Source: an uncultured Candidatus Peregrinibacteria bacterium
Lineage (GTDB): Bacteria > Patescibacteriota > Gracilibacteria > Peribacterales > Peribacteraceae
Assembly: GCA_903825315.1 (NCBI GenBank)
Contig: CAIKAD010000004.1
Coordinates: 6,298 to 70,297, forward strand
Direction: 5' to 3'
Length of the DNA stretch: 64,000 bases
The stretch's first letter is position 1. Every line of letters begins with the position of its first letter. A program made the translations under genes and the position numbers. Shown piece after piece: positions 32,504-44,400 of this stretch. The notes beneath the pieces were generated by a model. The model saw only the letters and a program-made list of their open reading frames with translations. It was not told where the DNA came from and searched no databases.

Positions 32504-34681
32504 TCAGTGCTGTATCCAGGCGCTCTGCCGCCACTCGCGGCACTTTGCGGATTCCTGTAATGCTCGTTCCCTCTCTTCGCAGAAGCGATCGGGAATGACA
32601 TTCCGGACTATTCCTGTTTGCGCAAATGACGTGAGAATGTCTGCTGCTTCCTGCGCCTGGTCAGTTGTGAGGAGCGAAATGCAGCGCAAAACTGTTTCGT
32701 CCAGTGTCCCCCGGGCTGTTTCCATGAGGTGCTGGCGGTATTCATGTTCGTAGAAATCGTCTCCTACGAGGATGATGGGGAACGGACCGGTGAGGATAGC
32801 GACGTCCGTTTCTGCAATCCCGCGCTCCTCCCTTGTTCCGCCGCCACCTTCCAGCTGCACCACGCCGCCCGTCACTGCGCGCGCCATGTTTCCCTGGCGG
32901 AGATCACGCGCCTCGTTGCGGCAGGGCATGAGGCCGTCGAGATGCCTGTTCATAGGCTCCTTTTTCACACCGAGAACGTGTCCTATAGAAAGGAATCCAT
33001 GTTCACGCGCCAGGCGGTTTGCGATACCCATCGTGCTGTCATTCGGCCCGCCACCCGAATGGATTACGCGCGGTTTACCGTTTCGCATTGCGTCGAGATG
33101 TTCGAATAATTCTTCCATGAAGCCGATGTATTGCGGACTAAGGGTCCGTGCTGTCCCGTAGAAGGCAATATGGTTTCCATTGAGGAATTCCGTACGGCGG
33201 TGCGGGGGGACGAATGCGATGGAGTGACTCAATCCCCGCTGCAGGCGCGTGAGCTGCAGCAGGGCGCCTTCGTCCATGTCCGCGTGCGGGCCCTTTCCAA
33301 ACATTTTGTCGTTGAGCCAGAAGACATCGATTTTTTTGTCGCAACAATCGAGCAGTGCATGGTAATCGGCACCGGAGAAGTACGGGCCGTGCGCGGCGGA
33401 CGGGTGCCGGAAGAGGAGTGTGCTGATAACGTGGCGGCCTTGTTGCACGTCCGCTTCCAGGATGGTCCTGAGGGCAGCGTGTTGCGGCAGGACTTCGCTG
33501 ACGAGTACTGCGCCTGCATCCATGCCCATTTTCTGCGCCTGGCGCAGGAGGCGTGTTTCGCTGGATTCGGCGGCATCCCGGGTGATGTTGGTCTGTTCGG
33601 GGGCGAAAGGAGTACGAAGCTGTTTCGACCGAGCCAGATGCCGTTCACGATCCGTGGGATATCCCGACAGGCGCATCCAAGGACTCTTTTCATGCGTCAT
33701 CATGTGCTCAATACCTATGCTATTCAGTACCAATGCCGAAGCCCTAGCAGCATGATCGTGGGCGGAAAACTCTTCCACGCTGCTCAACAGTTCCTGCGCT
33801 TTGCTAAAAGAGGACGTGAGGATGTGCCGGGCGCTTTCTTCCGGAACATCGGGAGCGAGGAGATGGGCCGGTCGGCGGTCATAGAGGGAAAAAGCGACAG
33901 GGGGCAAATCCTTTGGCTCAAACGGTCGGGAAGGGGGGACAGCGTCGAAAGCGATGAAGTTGCCATCTTGCGTATCGGCAAGGATGTCCTGCCGGAGTTG
34001 GCCCGGCAGAATGGCGATGTCGTGGAAACGCGCGCGAATGCCCCGGATCCGCTGTGCGATGAATTGCCCCGGCTGCAGGATCTCGTTGCGGCCCAGCTGT
34101 TGCCACACTGGTGCCGATTGTTCGTGCGTCTTGCCCGGCGAAACGAAGAGGCGGCTCTGCAGGAGTTCCGTCCGGTGCTGTTTGCCAGCTTCGGGGTAGT
34201 AGAGCAGATGCCCCGGCGTTCCCCGGGCGTAGAATCTTGTCGCACTTCCATCCTGTGGCAGGGCATCGAGGTGCTCGTCCGACATTTCCAAAAATCCCTG
34301 CGAAACCGCGAAAGCCGCACGATGTGCGCTTATGGGCTTCCTGCCATCAAAGTGGTGCGGCCGTGCGACATACATTCCTTCCCGGATGAGGGGGAGGAGA
34401 TTATCCCGAACGCCGTCATGGATTTGTCGCAGCACGGCGGTCACGTGCAGTTCCCCTCCTTCCCATCCCGTCTGTTGCGTTTCAAGGATGACGCCGTGCG
34501 CAAGAAGCATGCGCCGAGCCATGACGTGCAGTTGCGCCATGTCCTCTTTGCAGAGTGCGAGAAAATCTGCGCTGCTCTGACGGCCTGCAAGCTCTACGGA
34601 TAGTTCTTCGCCACTGCCCCGGGGTTCCCCGACAACCTTGAGGTAATCACCCGTAAAACTGAGGAGGTCCCCGTTGCGCAT
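32504..34681 (-). CDS. uncharacterised ~490-aa N-terminal region fused to a LOG/SLOG (TIGR00730-like Rossmann) domain
   Basis: 725 aa. The C-terminal third shows the LOG pattern: IAFYGTAR..., IHSGGGPNDSTMGIANRLA, and TGGVVQLEGGGGTREE (the PGGxGTxxE motif with E in place of P), then PIILVGDDFY. Confidence 0.7.
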   Translation of the reverse strand: MRNGDLLSFTGDYLKVVGEPRGSGEELSVELAGRQSSADFLALCKEDMAQLHVMARRMLLAHGVILETQQTGWEGGELHVTAVLRQIHDGVRDNLLPLIREGMYVARPHHFDGRKPISAHRAAFAVSQGFLEMSDEHLDALPQDGSATRFYARGTPGHLLYYPEAGKQHRTELLQSRLFVSPGKTHEQSAPVWQQLGRNEILQPGQFIAQRIRGIRARFHDIAILPGQLRQDILADTQDGNFIAFDAVPPSRPFEPKDLPPVAFSLYDRRPAHLLAPDVPEESARHILTSSFSKAQELLSSVEEFSAHDHAARASALVLNSIGIEHMMTHEKSPWMRLSGYPTDRERHLARSKQLRTPFAPEQTNITRDAAESSETRLLRQAQKMGMDAGAVLVSEVLPQHAALRTILEADVQQGRHVISTLLFRHPSAAHGPYFSGADYHALLDCCDKKIDVFWLNDKMFGKGPHADMDEGALLQLTRLQRGLSHSIAFVPPHRRTEFLNGNHIAFYGTARTLSPQYIGFMEELFEHLDAMRNGKPRVIHSGGGPNDSTMGIANRLAREHGFLSIGHVLGVKKEPMNRHLDGLMPCRNEARDLRQGNMARAVTGGVVQLEGGGGTREERGIAETDVAILTGPFPIILVGDDFYEHEYRQHLMETARGTLDETVLRCISLLTTDQAQEAADILTSFAQTGIVRNVIPDRFCEERERALQESAKCREWRQSAWIQH

Positions 34682-34723
34682 AATGAATCTTTACTTCACA
34701 CAATATACATTGTCAATCGCTAG

Positions 34724-37127
<2,404 letters not shown>

Positions 37128-37129
37128 AG

Positions 37130-38071
37130 ATGAACCTCTCTCAAACCCTCCTCGGCGTCACATTCGAGAACCCTACCGTTCTCGCCTCCGGGATTTTAGG
37201 AATCACTGCTTCCACGTGGATGCGCGTAGCGGCAAAAGGGGGAGCGGGAGCCATTACCACCAAATCGATCTGGCTCCATGAGCACAAGGGGCATCCGAAT
37301 CCCACGGTCATTTCCACGGAACATTGGACCTTGAATGCGGTCGGAGTGCCGGATGCTGGCCCCGAGAAGGCAAAGGAGGAAATCGGTGCGTACAACGCCC
37401 AGAAACCGGCTCCGTTGATTGTGAATATCATCGCGGAGAGCGTGGAGAATTATGCTAAGACGGCAGAGGCCGTCCTCCCCTTCCATCCGGATTTTCTCGA
37501 GGTAAACATCAGTTGCCCCAACGTGGAGGACGAGTTCGGCAAGCCTTTTGCATGCAGTGCGCCGGTAGCTGCATCGGTGACTGCTGCGGTAAAAGCCGTA
37601 GCGGGGAAGGTTCCCGTTTTTATCAAGCTTTCGCCCAATGTGCTCTCCATTGCGGAGATCGCGCGGGCATGCGCCAAGGCGGGGGCGGACGGTTTTACCG
37701 TCATCAACACGGCGGGGCCGGGCATGGCGATCGATCTCAAGAGCCGGATGCCGATTCTCAGCAACAAGGTGGGCGGCATCTCCGGACCGGCCATCAAGCC
37801 GCTGGCAATTCGCTGTGTGGCTGATGTCTACGCAGCCACGAATGGCTGCTGCCCGATCATCGGGACGGGGGGTGTGCATACGGGTGAAGATGCCATCGAA
37901 ATGCTGCTGGCCGGAGCGTCCCTCGTGGGCATTGGAACGGCAGTGTGGAAGCGCGGTATGGATGTGTTTCAGAAGGTTTGTGACGAGATGACGGCTTGGT
38001 GTGATGCGGAGGGGATCAAGGATGTCACGGAATTGATTGGAGGCATGCACAAAGTCATTTCCAAGCGCTGA
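37130..38071 (+). CDS. pyrD: dihydroorotate dehydrogenase, class 1B catalytic subunit
   Basis: 313 aa. GAGAITTKSI, catalytic Cys in NISCPNV, and GGISGPAIKP. Followed by pyrK. Confidence 0.9.
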   Translation: MNLSQTLLGVTFENPTVLASGILGITASTWMRVAAKGGAGAITTKSIWLHEHKGHPNPTVISTEHWTLNAVGVPDAGPEKAKEEIGAYNAQKPAPLIVNIIAESVENYAKTAEAVLPFHPDFLEVNISCPNVEDEFGKPFACSAPVAASVTAAVKAVAGKVPVFIKLSPNVLSIAEIARACAKAGADGFTVINTAGPGMAIDLKSRMPILSNKVGGISGPAIKPLAIRCVADVYAATNGCCPIIGTGGVHTGEDAIEMLLAGASLVGIGTAVWKRGMDVFQKVCDEMTAWCDAEGIKDVTELIGGMHKVISKR

Positions 38072-38074
38072 TCT

Positions 38075-38902
38075 ATGTCCTGCGGTCATTGCACCTGTAA
38101 AGAGAGCCGGCTCCCTACAACCTACCGCATTGCTGCGGTGAAGAAGGAGACGGACATGGTTACCACCATCACCTTCCCCGTTTCGCTCGGTGCCAAACCG
38201 GGCCAGTTTGTGATGGCGTGGTTGCCGGGGAATGGTGAGATTCCGATGAGCGTTGCGAATGATGACGGAAAGAATCTGCGCATCACGTTCTTTGCGGTGG
38301 GGGACACGACGCGGGAGATGGCCAAGCTCAAGAAAGGCGATCTCTTGGGCCTCCGCGGCCCCTTTGGGACGTCCTACGAATGGAAGGAGGGTGAGCATCT
38401 CATCCTGGTTGCGGGAGGATACGGGGCGGCGCCGATGTATTTTTGTGCAGTGGAAGCATCGAAGAATGGTTGTTCCTTGGATGTGATCATCGGAGCCAGA
38501 AGCAAAGAGCACCTCTTGTATGCGGAGGAGTTCCGGAAACTCCCGAAGACTACGGTTCACCTCGCCACAGATGATGGCTCAGAAGGCCGCAAAGGGTACA
38601 ACGTGGAAGTATTGAAGGAATTACTGGAGAAAGGAATGGCGCCGGATCAAGTCTTCGCCTGCGGCCCGGAGCGCATGCTCCTGGCGGTGTCCGATCTGAC
38701 GGCACAGAAGAAGATTCCGAGCCAATTGTCATTGGAACGTTACATGAAGTGCGGCTACGGCCTCTGCGGCAACTGTACCGTGGATCCACTCGGAATCCGT
38801 CTCTGCGTGGAAGGACCGGTCGTGAAGAATGAAACGGCGCGGAAGATTACGGAGTTTGGGAACTATCATCGGGATGAGTTAGGGAAGAAGCATTCCTTTT
38901 GA
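38075..38902 (+). CDS. pyrK: dihydroorotate dehydrogenase electron-transfer subunit (FAD / 2Fe-2S)
   Basis: 275 aa. FNR-like fold pattern and the C-terminal cluster motif CGYGLCGNCTVD. Confidence 0.85.
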   Translation: MSCGHCTCKESRLPTTYRIAAVKKETDMVTTITFPVSLGAKPGQFVMAWLPGNGEIPMSVANDDGKNLRITFFAVGDTTREMAKLKKGDLLGLRGPFGTSYEWKEGEHLILVAGGYGAAPMYFCAVEASKNGCSLDVIIGARSKEHLLYAEEFRKLPKTTVHLATDDGSEGRKGYNVEVLKELLEKGMAPDQVFACGPERMLLAVSDLTAQKKIPSQLSLERYMKCGYGLCGNCTVDPLGIRLCVEGPVVKNETARKITEFGNYHRDELGKKHSF

Positions 38903-38918
38903 GGAAACCGAAGAAACC
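38901..38918. repeat. two solo 9-nt units of the GAAACCGAG family right after the pyrK stop
   Basis: GAGGAAACC|GAAGAAACC. No partner arm was found. Confidence 0.5.
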
Positions 38919-39203
38919 GGGGAAAATATTTGTCGAACCCTCACATGATCCATACACTTGCCGCTCAGCCGTTGGGCGGTGCGCCCCTTTGCCTCCGTTG
39001 GGATCGTGAGGTGTATTCTGGATGGTTGGCACTCGTCAAGGGAGAGTGCTAGACACGGGGCTTTCGATCCGATAAACTATTCCTGTCTTCTAATTCTTTC
39101 CCGTTCATTCTATGACGTACGGACCCGGTTCTTGTGGCGGTTGCGGATGCGGCTTCAATGGCCCGAGTGGGCAATGCTGCTAAGCAATATTCGTCGCAAT
39201 CGA

Positions 39204-39230
39204 AAGGCGGTCGAAAGGCCGCCTTTTTCT
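39204..39230 (+). terminator. terminator-like hairpin with T-run inside a ~410-nt non-coding gap
   Basis: AAGGCGG (39204-39210) / CCGCCTT (39219-39225) followed by TTTCT. The T-run is on the plus strand only. Confidence 0.45.
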
Positions 39231-39313
39231 GATTCCACAAACCGATCATCAAATGCCTGCGAGTCGAACACTTCGAGTTCTCTCGAGGCAGGGATCCGCC
39301 CTGAGGGGAAATA

Positions 39314-39721
39314 TCATCCACGAAGATGATGTGCCAGTCTCATATCGAGATGCGTCTGAAGCCAACGTCTCATGCGGTGCCAGGGCGCCTTTTCCGCATC
39401 CTCACGCTGCAGACGTACGACGTGCATCGTGTACAGGAGCAGTGCTGCGAGGATCAGGAGCATTCCGATAAAGAGCACGCGTCCTGCCTCATCCGCCGCC
39501 TCTGCGCTCGCGGGAGCTGCCCGATGGAATTCCATGCCTGGCGACAGCTGTTCCACTTGTAATGTTTGGGAGCGGTAGGCGGGGCTACCTTCATCCCATG
39601 CCACCTGCCCTTGCACTACCACCGTCGTCCCCGCAAATACCAGGCTTAAGCCGAGTACCAGAAAGGTTCCGGTAGTAAGGGAAATGAGCCTATTGATCAT
39701 GTTTGTGTTTGACGATGACAT
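39314..39721 (-). CDS. hypothetical membrane protein (2 TM)
   Basis: 135 aa. TM segments LISLTTGTFLVLGLSLVFAG and VLFIGMLLILAALLLYTM. No known motif. Confidence 0.5.
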   Translation of the reverse strand: MSSSNTNMINRLISLTTGTFLVLGLSLVFAGTTVVVQGQVAWDEGSPAYRSQTLQVEQLSPGMEFHRAAPASAEAADEAGRVLFIGMLLILAALLLYTMHVVRLQREDAEKAPWHRMRRWLQTHLDMRLAHHLRG

Positions 39722-39834
39722 GTCTCTATTCTACCAGAAAACCGATTCTGCGGCAATAACGTAGGATATTGTCAAAAGCGTCAATAGAAGTGAAAGATGA
39801 TGTGGCGGGCCTAGAGGGACTTGAACCAATCAAT

Positions 39835-40101
39835 CTATGGAGAACTATGTTGGTTAAGATAATACCGCAGTTGTTTTTTCACGAGTGCCCGACCATTCCC
39901 GCTTTTCAGGAACTTCTCCCGTCCAAGTGCATCCTGCTTCAAAACGTACGCTTCGCAGTAGACCAGTTTCCAAGGAGCACGATACGCCGTGGATGTGTTG
40001 CGAAGCTGATTGTGAGCTTCTATCCGCTGTGTCAGATTTGTCGTGTACCCGATGTACCAACCGTGGTCTTTGAGGCTTTCGATGATATAAACGATGTGCA
40101 T
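39835..40101 (-). CDS. GIY-YIG nuclease family protein (small, UPF0213-like)
   Basis: MHIVYIIESLKDHGWYIGYTTNLTQRIEAHN contains the GIY...YIG motif. Start moved to the ATG at 40101. Confidence 0.85.
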   Translation of the reverse strand: MHIVYIIESLKDHGWYIGYTTNLTQRIEAHNQLRNTSTAYRAPWKLVYCEAYVLKQDALGREKFLKSGNGRALVKKQLRYYLNQHSSP

Positions 40102-40356
40102 GGCACTATCGTGAATGCAAAGCCTCATCCTTGTAGATGTTCATGGGAAGATTGTTTGAAGGGGCTCAAGAATTGGGCTTCAGGAAGAGATGGAAGAAGT
40201 TCTATGGAGGAAGAGAACGCACCATGCTTTTAGGACGTCGGTGGTGGCTGGAGCCGCGTATAGATCGCTGCGCGATCACGCGGCACGTATAGCGCTCGGT
40301 GATATCTTGGGTATTGAAATTTGTGGCTGTGCCACGTGCGCCGAAGGCGCTATACG

Positions 40357-40431
40357 TGGCAGCCCCACGGGGAATCGAACCCCGATTACAGGAATGAAAA
40401 TCCTGTGTCCTAACCGTTAGACGATGGGGCC
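40357..40431 (-). tRNA. tRNA-Glu (anticodon UUC), CCA encoded
   Basis: 75-nt cloverleaf folded by hand. Acceptor GGCCCCA/UGGGGCU (G1-U72 wobble). D arm GUCU-AACGGUU-AGGAC. Anticodon stem CAGGA/UCCUG with loop UUUUCAU. T arm CGGGG-UUCGAUU-CCCCG. Discriminator G + CCA. Collinear with E. coli tRNA-Glu. Confidence 0.9.
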
Positions 40432-40591
40432 ATGTACCAGTCGCTTCGCTTCGGTGCATGGCAAGCGATCGGTAAAAGAACGAATCTGTTCCGTGGGCAG
40501 TATACAGCTTTCCAAACAGGAAAAGAACCCCTCCAACACTTGTAAGAAACTCCCTATTCATCCGGCAGAACATACGTCTTCCCCATTGTGT

Positions 40592-40864
40592 ATGGTCAAC
40601 CTTATCGTCTGGGTCATTCTTGGCGGAATCATCGGCTGGATAGCCAGCATGATCATGCAGACCGACGAAGAGCAGGGTCTCCTCGCTAATGTCATCGTGG
40701 GCATTGTGGGCGCGTTCCTGGCCGGATGGCTCATTACGCCGCTCTTCGGCGTCTCCACGATCAATCAGAACAACTTTAGTGTGGCAGGGTTCATTGTTTC
40801 CCTGGCGGGCGCCATTATTCTCCTCGCCATCGTTAACTTATTCCGGAGCGGAGCGGTCCGTTGA
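40592..40864 (+). CDS. GlsB/YeaQ/YmgE family stress-response membrane protein
   Basis: Start moved to the ATG at 40592. MVNLIVWVILGGIIGWIASMIM...VIVGIVGAFLAGWL is the typical transglycosylase-associated-protein pattern. Confidence 0.85.
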   Translation: MVNLIVWVILGGIIGWIASMIMQTDEEQGLLANVIVGIVGAFLAGWLITPLFGVSTINQNNFSVAGFIVSLAGAIILLAIVNLFRSGAVR

Positions 40865-40871
40865 GAGTACA

Positions 40872-40899
40872 TAAAAACGGCGCATGGTTATGCGCCGTT
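40872..40899 (-). terminator. rho-independent terminator closing the giant-gene/lipoprotein transcription unit
   Basis: 10-bp perfect stem AACGGCGCAT (40876-40885) / ATGCGCCGTT (40890-40899) with loop GGTT. On the minus strand it is followed by TTTTTATG. Confidence 0.75.
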
Positions 40900-40921
40900 A
40901 GAACTGCAGAGTGAAGACCGG

Positions 40922-41344
40922 TTACTTTTGGAGTTCGATCTCAATGCGGGAGGTGCCGTTGACGACCTTGAAGTTGAGGCTCATCTTTTTGCCTTCCTTG
41001 GACGCCACAATGGAGCCGCCGTTGTCCGAGGTGCTGTCGCTGTCGATGGCCCAGTTCTTTTCGGGCAGGGTCTTCTTGTAGTAGGCAATGGGGCTGGAGA
41101 TGCCGTTGATGGTTTCCATCGTCATCCGGAGCACTGTATCCGTCTCGTCGCGCTTGATGACGCTGGCATCTGAATTAAGGACATAGTCGGGTACCGTAGC
41201 CGGCAAGCCCGTGAACTTGGGCTGGACGGGAGGAGGGGGGACCGAGTCGCCACCCAGGAATTTCCCGGAGCAGGCGGTGAGGAAAAGAGCCGCCACGACG
41301 AACAGCGCGGCGGTGGAAAAACGGGTGCGGTGGAGGTTGCGCAT
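40922..41344 (-). CDS. small lipoprotein, function unknown
   Basis: ORF 40922..41683 with the start moved to the ATG at 41344. Signal peptide + lipobox MRNLHRTRFSTAALFVVAALFLTAC|SG. Lies about 100 nt downstream of the giant ORF, on the same strand. Confidence 0.65.
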   Translation of the reverse strand: MRNLHRTRFSTAALFVVAALFLTACSGKFLGGDSVPPPPVQPKFTGLPATVPDYVLNSDASVIKRDETDTVLRMTMETINGISSPIAYYKKTLPEKNWAIDSDSTSDNGGSIVASKEGKKMSLNFKVVNGTSRIEIELQK

Positions 41345-41447
41345 GGAGCACATGGTACCCATCACGCTCACGGCGCTGCAAGTTGCTGCACTGGACGGAA
41401 GGCCGAGCGAGGCGCGGCTTACCATTCCTTGCCTACTCTCTTGCGCT

Positions 41448-44400
41448 TCAGAACAGATCGTTCTTGGTATGGTCACGGTCCTGCAAAGATGTTCTCGCGT
41501 GCTGTGCCGAGGGATCGGCGCCGTGCTGCCGGTGCACGTGCGGCAGGATGGGGCGCGGACGCTTACCACCCTTTCCCCGGCGGTTGCGGTGCCAGAGGAG
41601 AATGCCGAGCGCCGCATTGCTTCCCACGAGGATGGTGATGATGACCCAGGCGATGGTTGGGATGCCTGTGGTGAGCGGCGCACGGTTCCTGTCTTCCACC
41701 ATCACGCGGATCATCGGCAGCACTACGTCCGTGCGGCGCTCGGCTTCTACCGTGAGGCCAGCCGGCGGCTCGATGACGATCATGCGCTTTTCCACGCGGT
41801 TGTTGCCCACGTGGATTTCCACCTGGTGCGTGCCGGTTTCCACGTCGTGGAAGACGGCGACGCCGTCTGCGTTCGTGGTGGTCACCTTGGGCGTGGAGAA
41901 GAGGATGACGGTGGTCTTCTGGTACGGTGAGCCGAAGGTATCGGACACACTGAGGCTGAAGGAAGCGAGCATGATCTTGCCATCCTTCTGGAACATGGAC
42001 GTGCGGTACTGGCGCTGCTCCGGTGTGCGGGCGATCTGTTGCGGCCGGACGATGGAGGTGAGGCCCGTTACCGCGTTCTGGAGTGCATCATTGCCACCGG
42101 TGACGGCGTCCGCCAGGCGGTCGGCGACGGCTACGGACACCTGCGCGATGCCCTGTGCGGCATGATCCGTCTCCAGCCCCAGCTGCGTGCCGACGAATGC
42201 GACGGCATTGTGGAGGGCGCCTAACGTGCCGGATCCGAGGGAGGCAAACTGCCGGCCGGAGGTGCCCAGTGCCTGTGCCATGTACTGCGCCACCGCTCCC
42301 GTATTGAGCGCGAGTTCCGTTGCAATGCCCTGCATGCCCTTCCCCAGCGTTCCCATGACGCCGGGCAGGTCGCCGAGCTGCGTGAACGCTACCTGTGCGC
42401 TCTCCATTGTGTTGTTGAACCGGCGGGCCAGGGCGCGCATTTCCGGCTTCCACCGACTCTGGATCAGGAGGGCGTACTGCTTTGTCTCGGTTCCCATATC
42501 GGTGAAGGAGTCGCGGACCATGGTCAGGGCGAGCGGGCGGAGCATGCCCCATACGCCTTGCATGGACTGCGGCGCCAGCTCCTCGATGCCACCGAACGCG
42601 ATACCGCTAAGGCGCTGCTTGAGGACTTCCTTGAGCGTTTCGGTGCGGTACGGTTGCAACGCCATGCGGATGGCACGTTGCTGCGCCCTTTCCTCCTCTC
42701 TCCTCTGGCGGATGAGCTCGAGCAGCTGACTGCGCTCCGGTCCGGTACCGTTGTTGAGCGAGCCGTCGTCGATCACCGGCTGCGTTACCTCCTGCCCCGG
42801 TGTTGCCGGCCGCACGATGATGGGCTGCGCTCCTGTTCCCGTCATCGGAATTTCCGTAAGTGTTCCGCCCGAGAGCGAGGCACCGGTGCCGGTCACGATC
42901 GGTTCACCGTTCTTGCCGGTGGCCCTGTGGTAGCCGAAGTTTTCTATGGTGAGCTGGCCGCCAGCTGTGATGGTCACGGAACGGCTGTTGGTGGTGGAGG
43001 AGAAGAAGGCGGACGGCGGTTCCACGATGACCAGGTAGCTTGATTGCGAGGGGGGCAGGTTCGTGAAGGCGAAGGCGCCCGTGGACGTGGTGAGGGCCCG
43101 CAGGGAGAGCGTGCCGCCCGTAGAGGAAGTGCCGCTGAGCGTGACGACGGCCCCCGCAAAGATCTGGTTCTCGGTGCTCTCCTGCTGCCCGTTGACATTG
43201 GGATCGAAGAACACCGTGCCGCGTATGGTGCTCCCGCGGACGAAGCCGGCGTTGAAGGTTTCCGTGGAACCCGTGCCTATGACGACAGCTGTCCTGGACG
43301 TGGCAGAGGTGCGGATCCAGTTGGACGGCACCGTGGCGGTATTGACGGCAATGGCGTAACCGGCGCTATTGCTGCGGACGATGCCGCTAAACGCGTAGGA
43401 ACCGTCGCTGCCTGTCGTGCGGCTCAAGGCGAGAGAGGCGCCAGTCGTCGTGTTGCCGGACAGATTGAGGGTTACACCCTGGACACCGGATGTCTCTGTA
43501 CCGTCCTTGGTCCCGTTGCCATTCACATCGTTCCACACCGTTCCGAGAATGGTTCCCGTGCCCGTTCCGCCGAAACTCCAACCCACGTTGTTCCCGCTGT
43601 CGATGGCGCTGCCTGCAAGTTGGATGCTTATGCTCGATCCGCTGATATTGTTGCTGTCCTTTACATCCACGTAGCGGACATTGTTTGTGCCTGTCGGGTT
43701 GATCTTCCACTGCGTACCGGTGGATGTGGAGCGCAGGCTGAGGAGCCCTCCTTCCACGCCCATGAGCGTGAGGGTGCCCGTGACGCTCTGCGTGACGCCC
43801 GCGGCGAACGTAAGGGTATCGGCGGACGTTGCCATCCTCGTAAAGTTGTTGAAGGTGGTGGCTCCGCGGATTGTCTGGTTGCTTCCCAGGAACTGCACCG
43901 TGGAGGTGTCTGCGGTAAAGGTTCCGTTGTTCGTGTAATCTCCCGAGAGTGCGAAGGTGGCGTTGCCGGCGGTCACCGTCCCGAAGTTGCTGAAGGTACC
44001 GCCCACGCTGATGCGCGATGCGCGGCCGTCGCTGCCGGTGGCAATGAGGGTGCCGCTGTTGATGAATGTCCCGGTTACGGCGATGTTGTAGCCATTGGTG
44101 ATGAGGACGTCGCCTGTCTTTATCGTGAGGTTATCTGCAAGGATGCTGCTTCCGAGCGTGATGGTGTCCGGACTTTCGCCGATCTGCACGTCTCCGAGGT
44201 TGGTGCCTACCTCGTCCTTAATTTCCAGGTCGCCGTTGAGGATGAGCCTGGCGCCGGAGGAGGCAGCCTTTTGGAAGGTGGCACCGGAGGCGATGTGCAG
44301 GTTGCCGGAGACGTACAGGGGAGCTGCCTGTTGGTAGAAGGAGCCACTCAGTGTGAAGTTCTGGACGCGCACGCTCCCCGTTCCGGCGTAGAAGGAGCCG

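Noticed and set aside
38903-39313. tmRNA, RNase P RNA, SRP RNA or 6S RNA in the non-coding gap
   Set aside because: No GAGGAAAGUCC / ACAGAA.CCGGCUUA (RNase P), no tRNA-like ...GGUUCGA.UCC...CCACCA end or tag ORF (tmRNA), and no GGAAGCAGC (SRP) on either strand by eye. Kept only as an unassigned candidate ncRNA.
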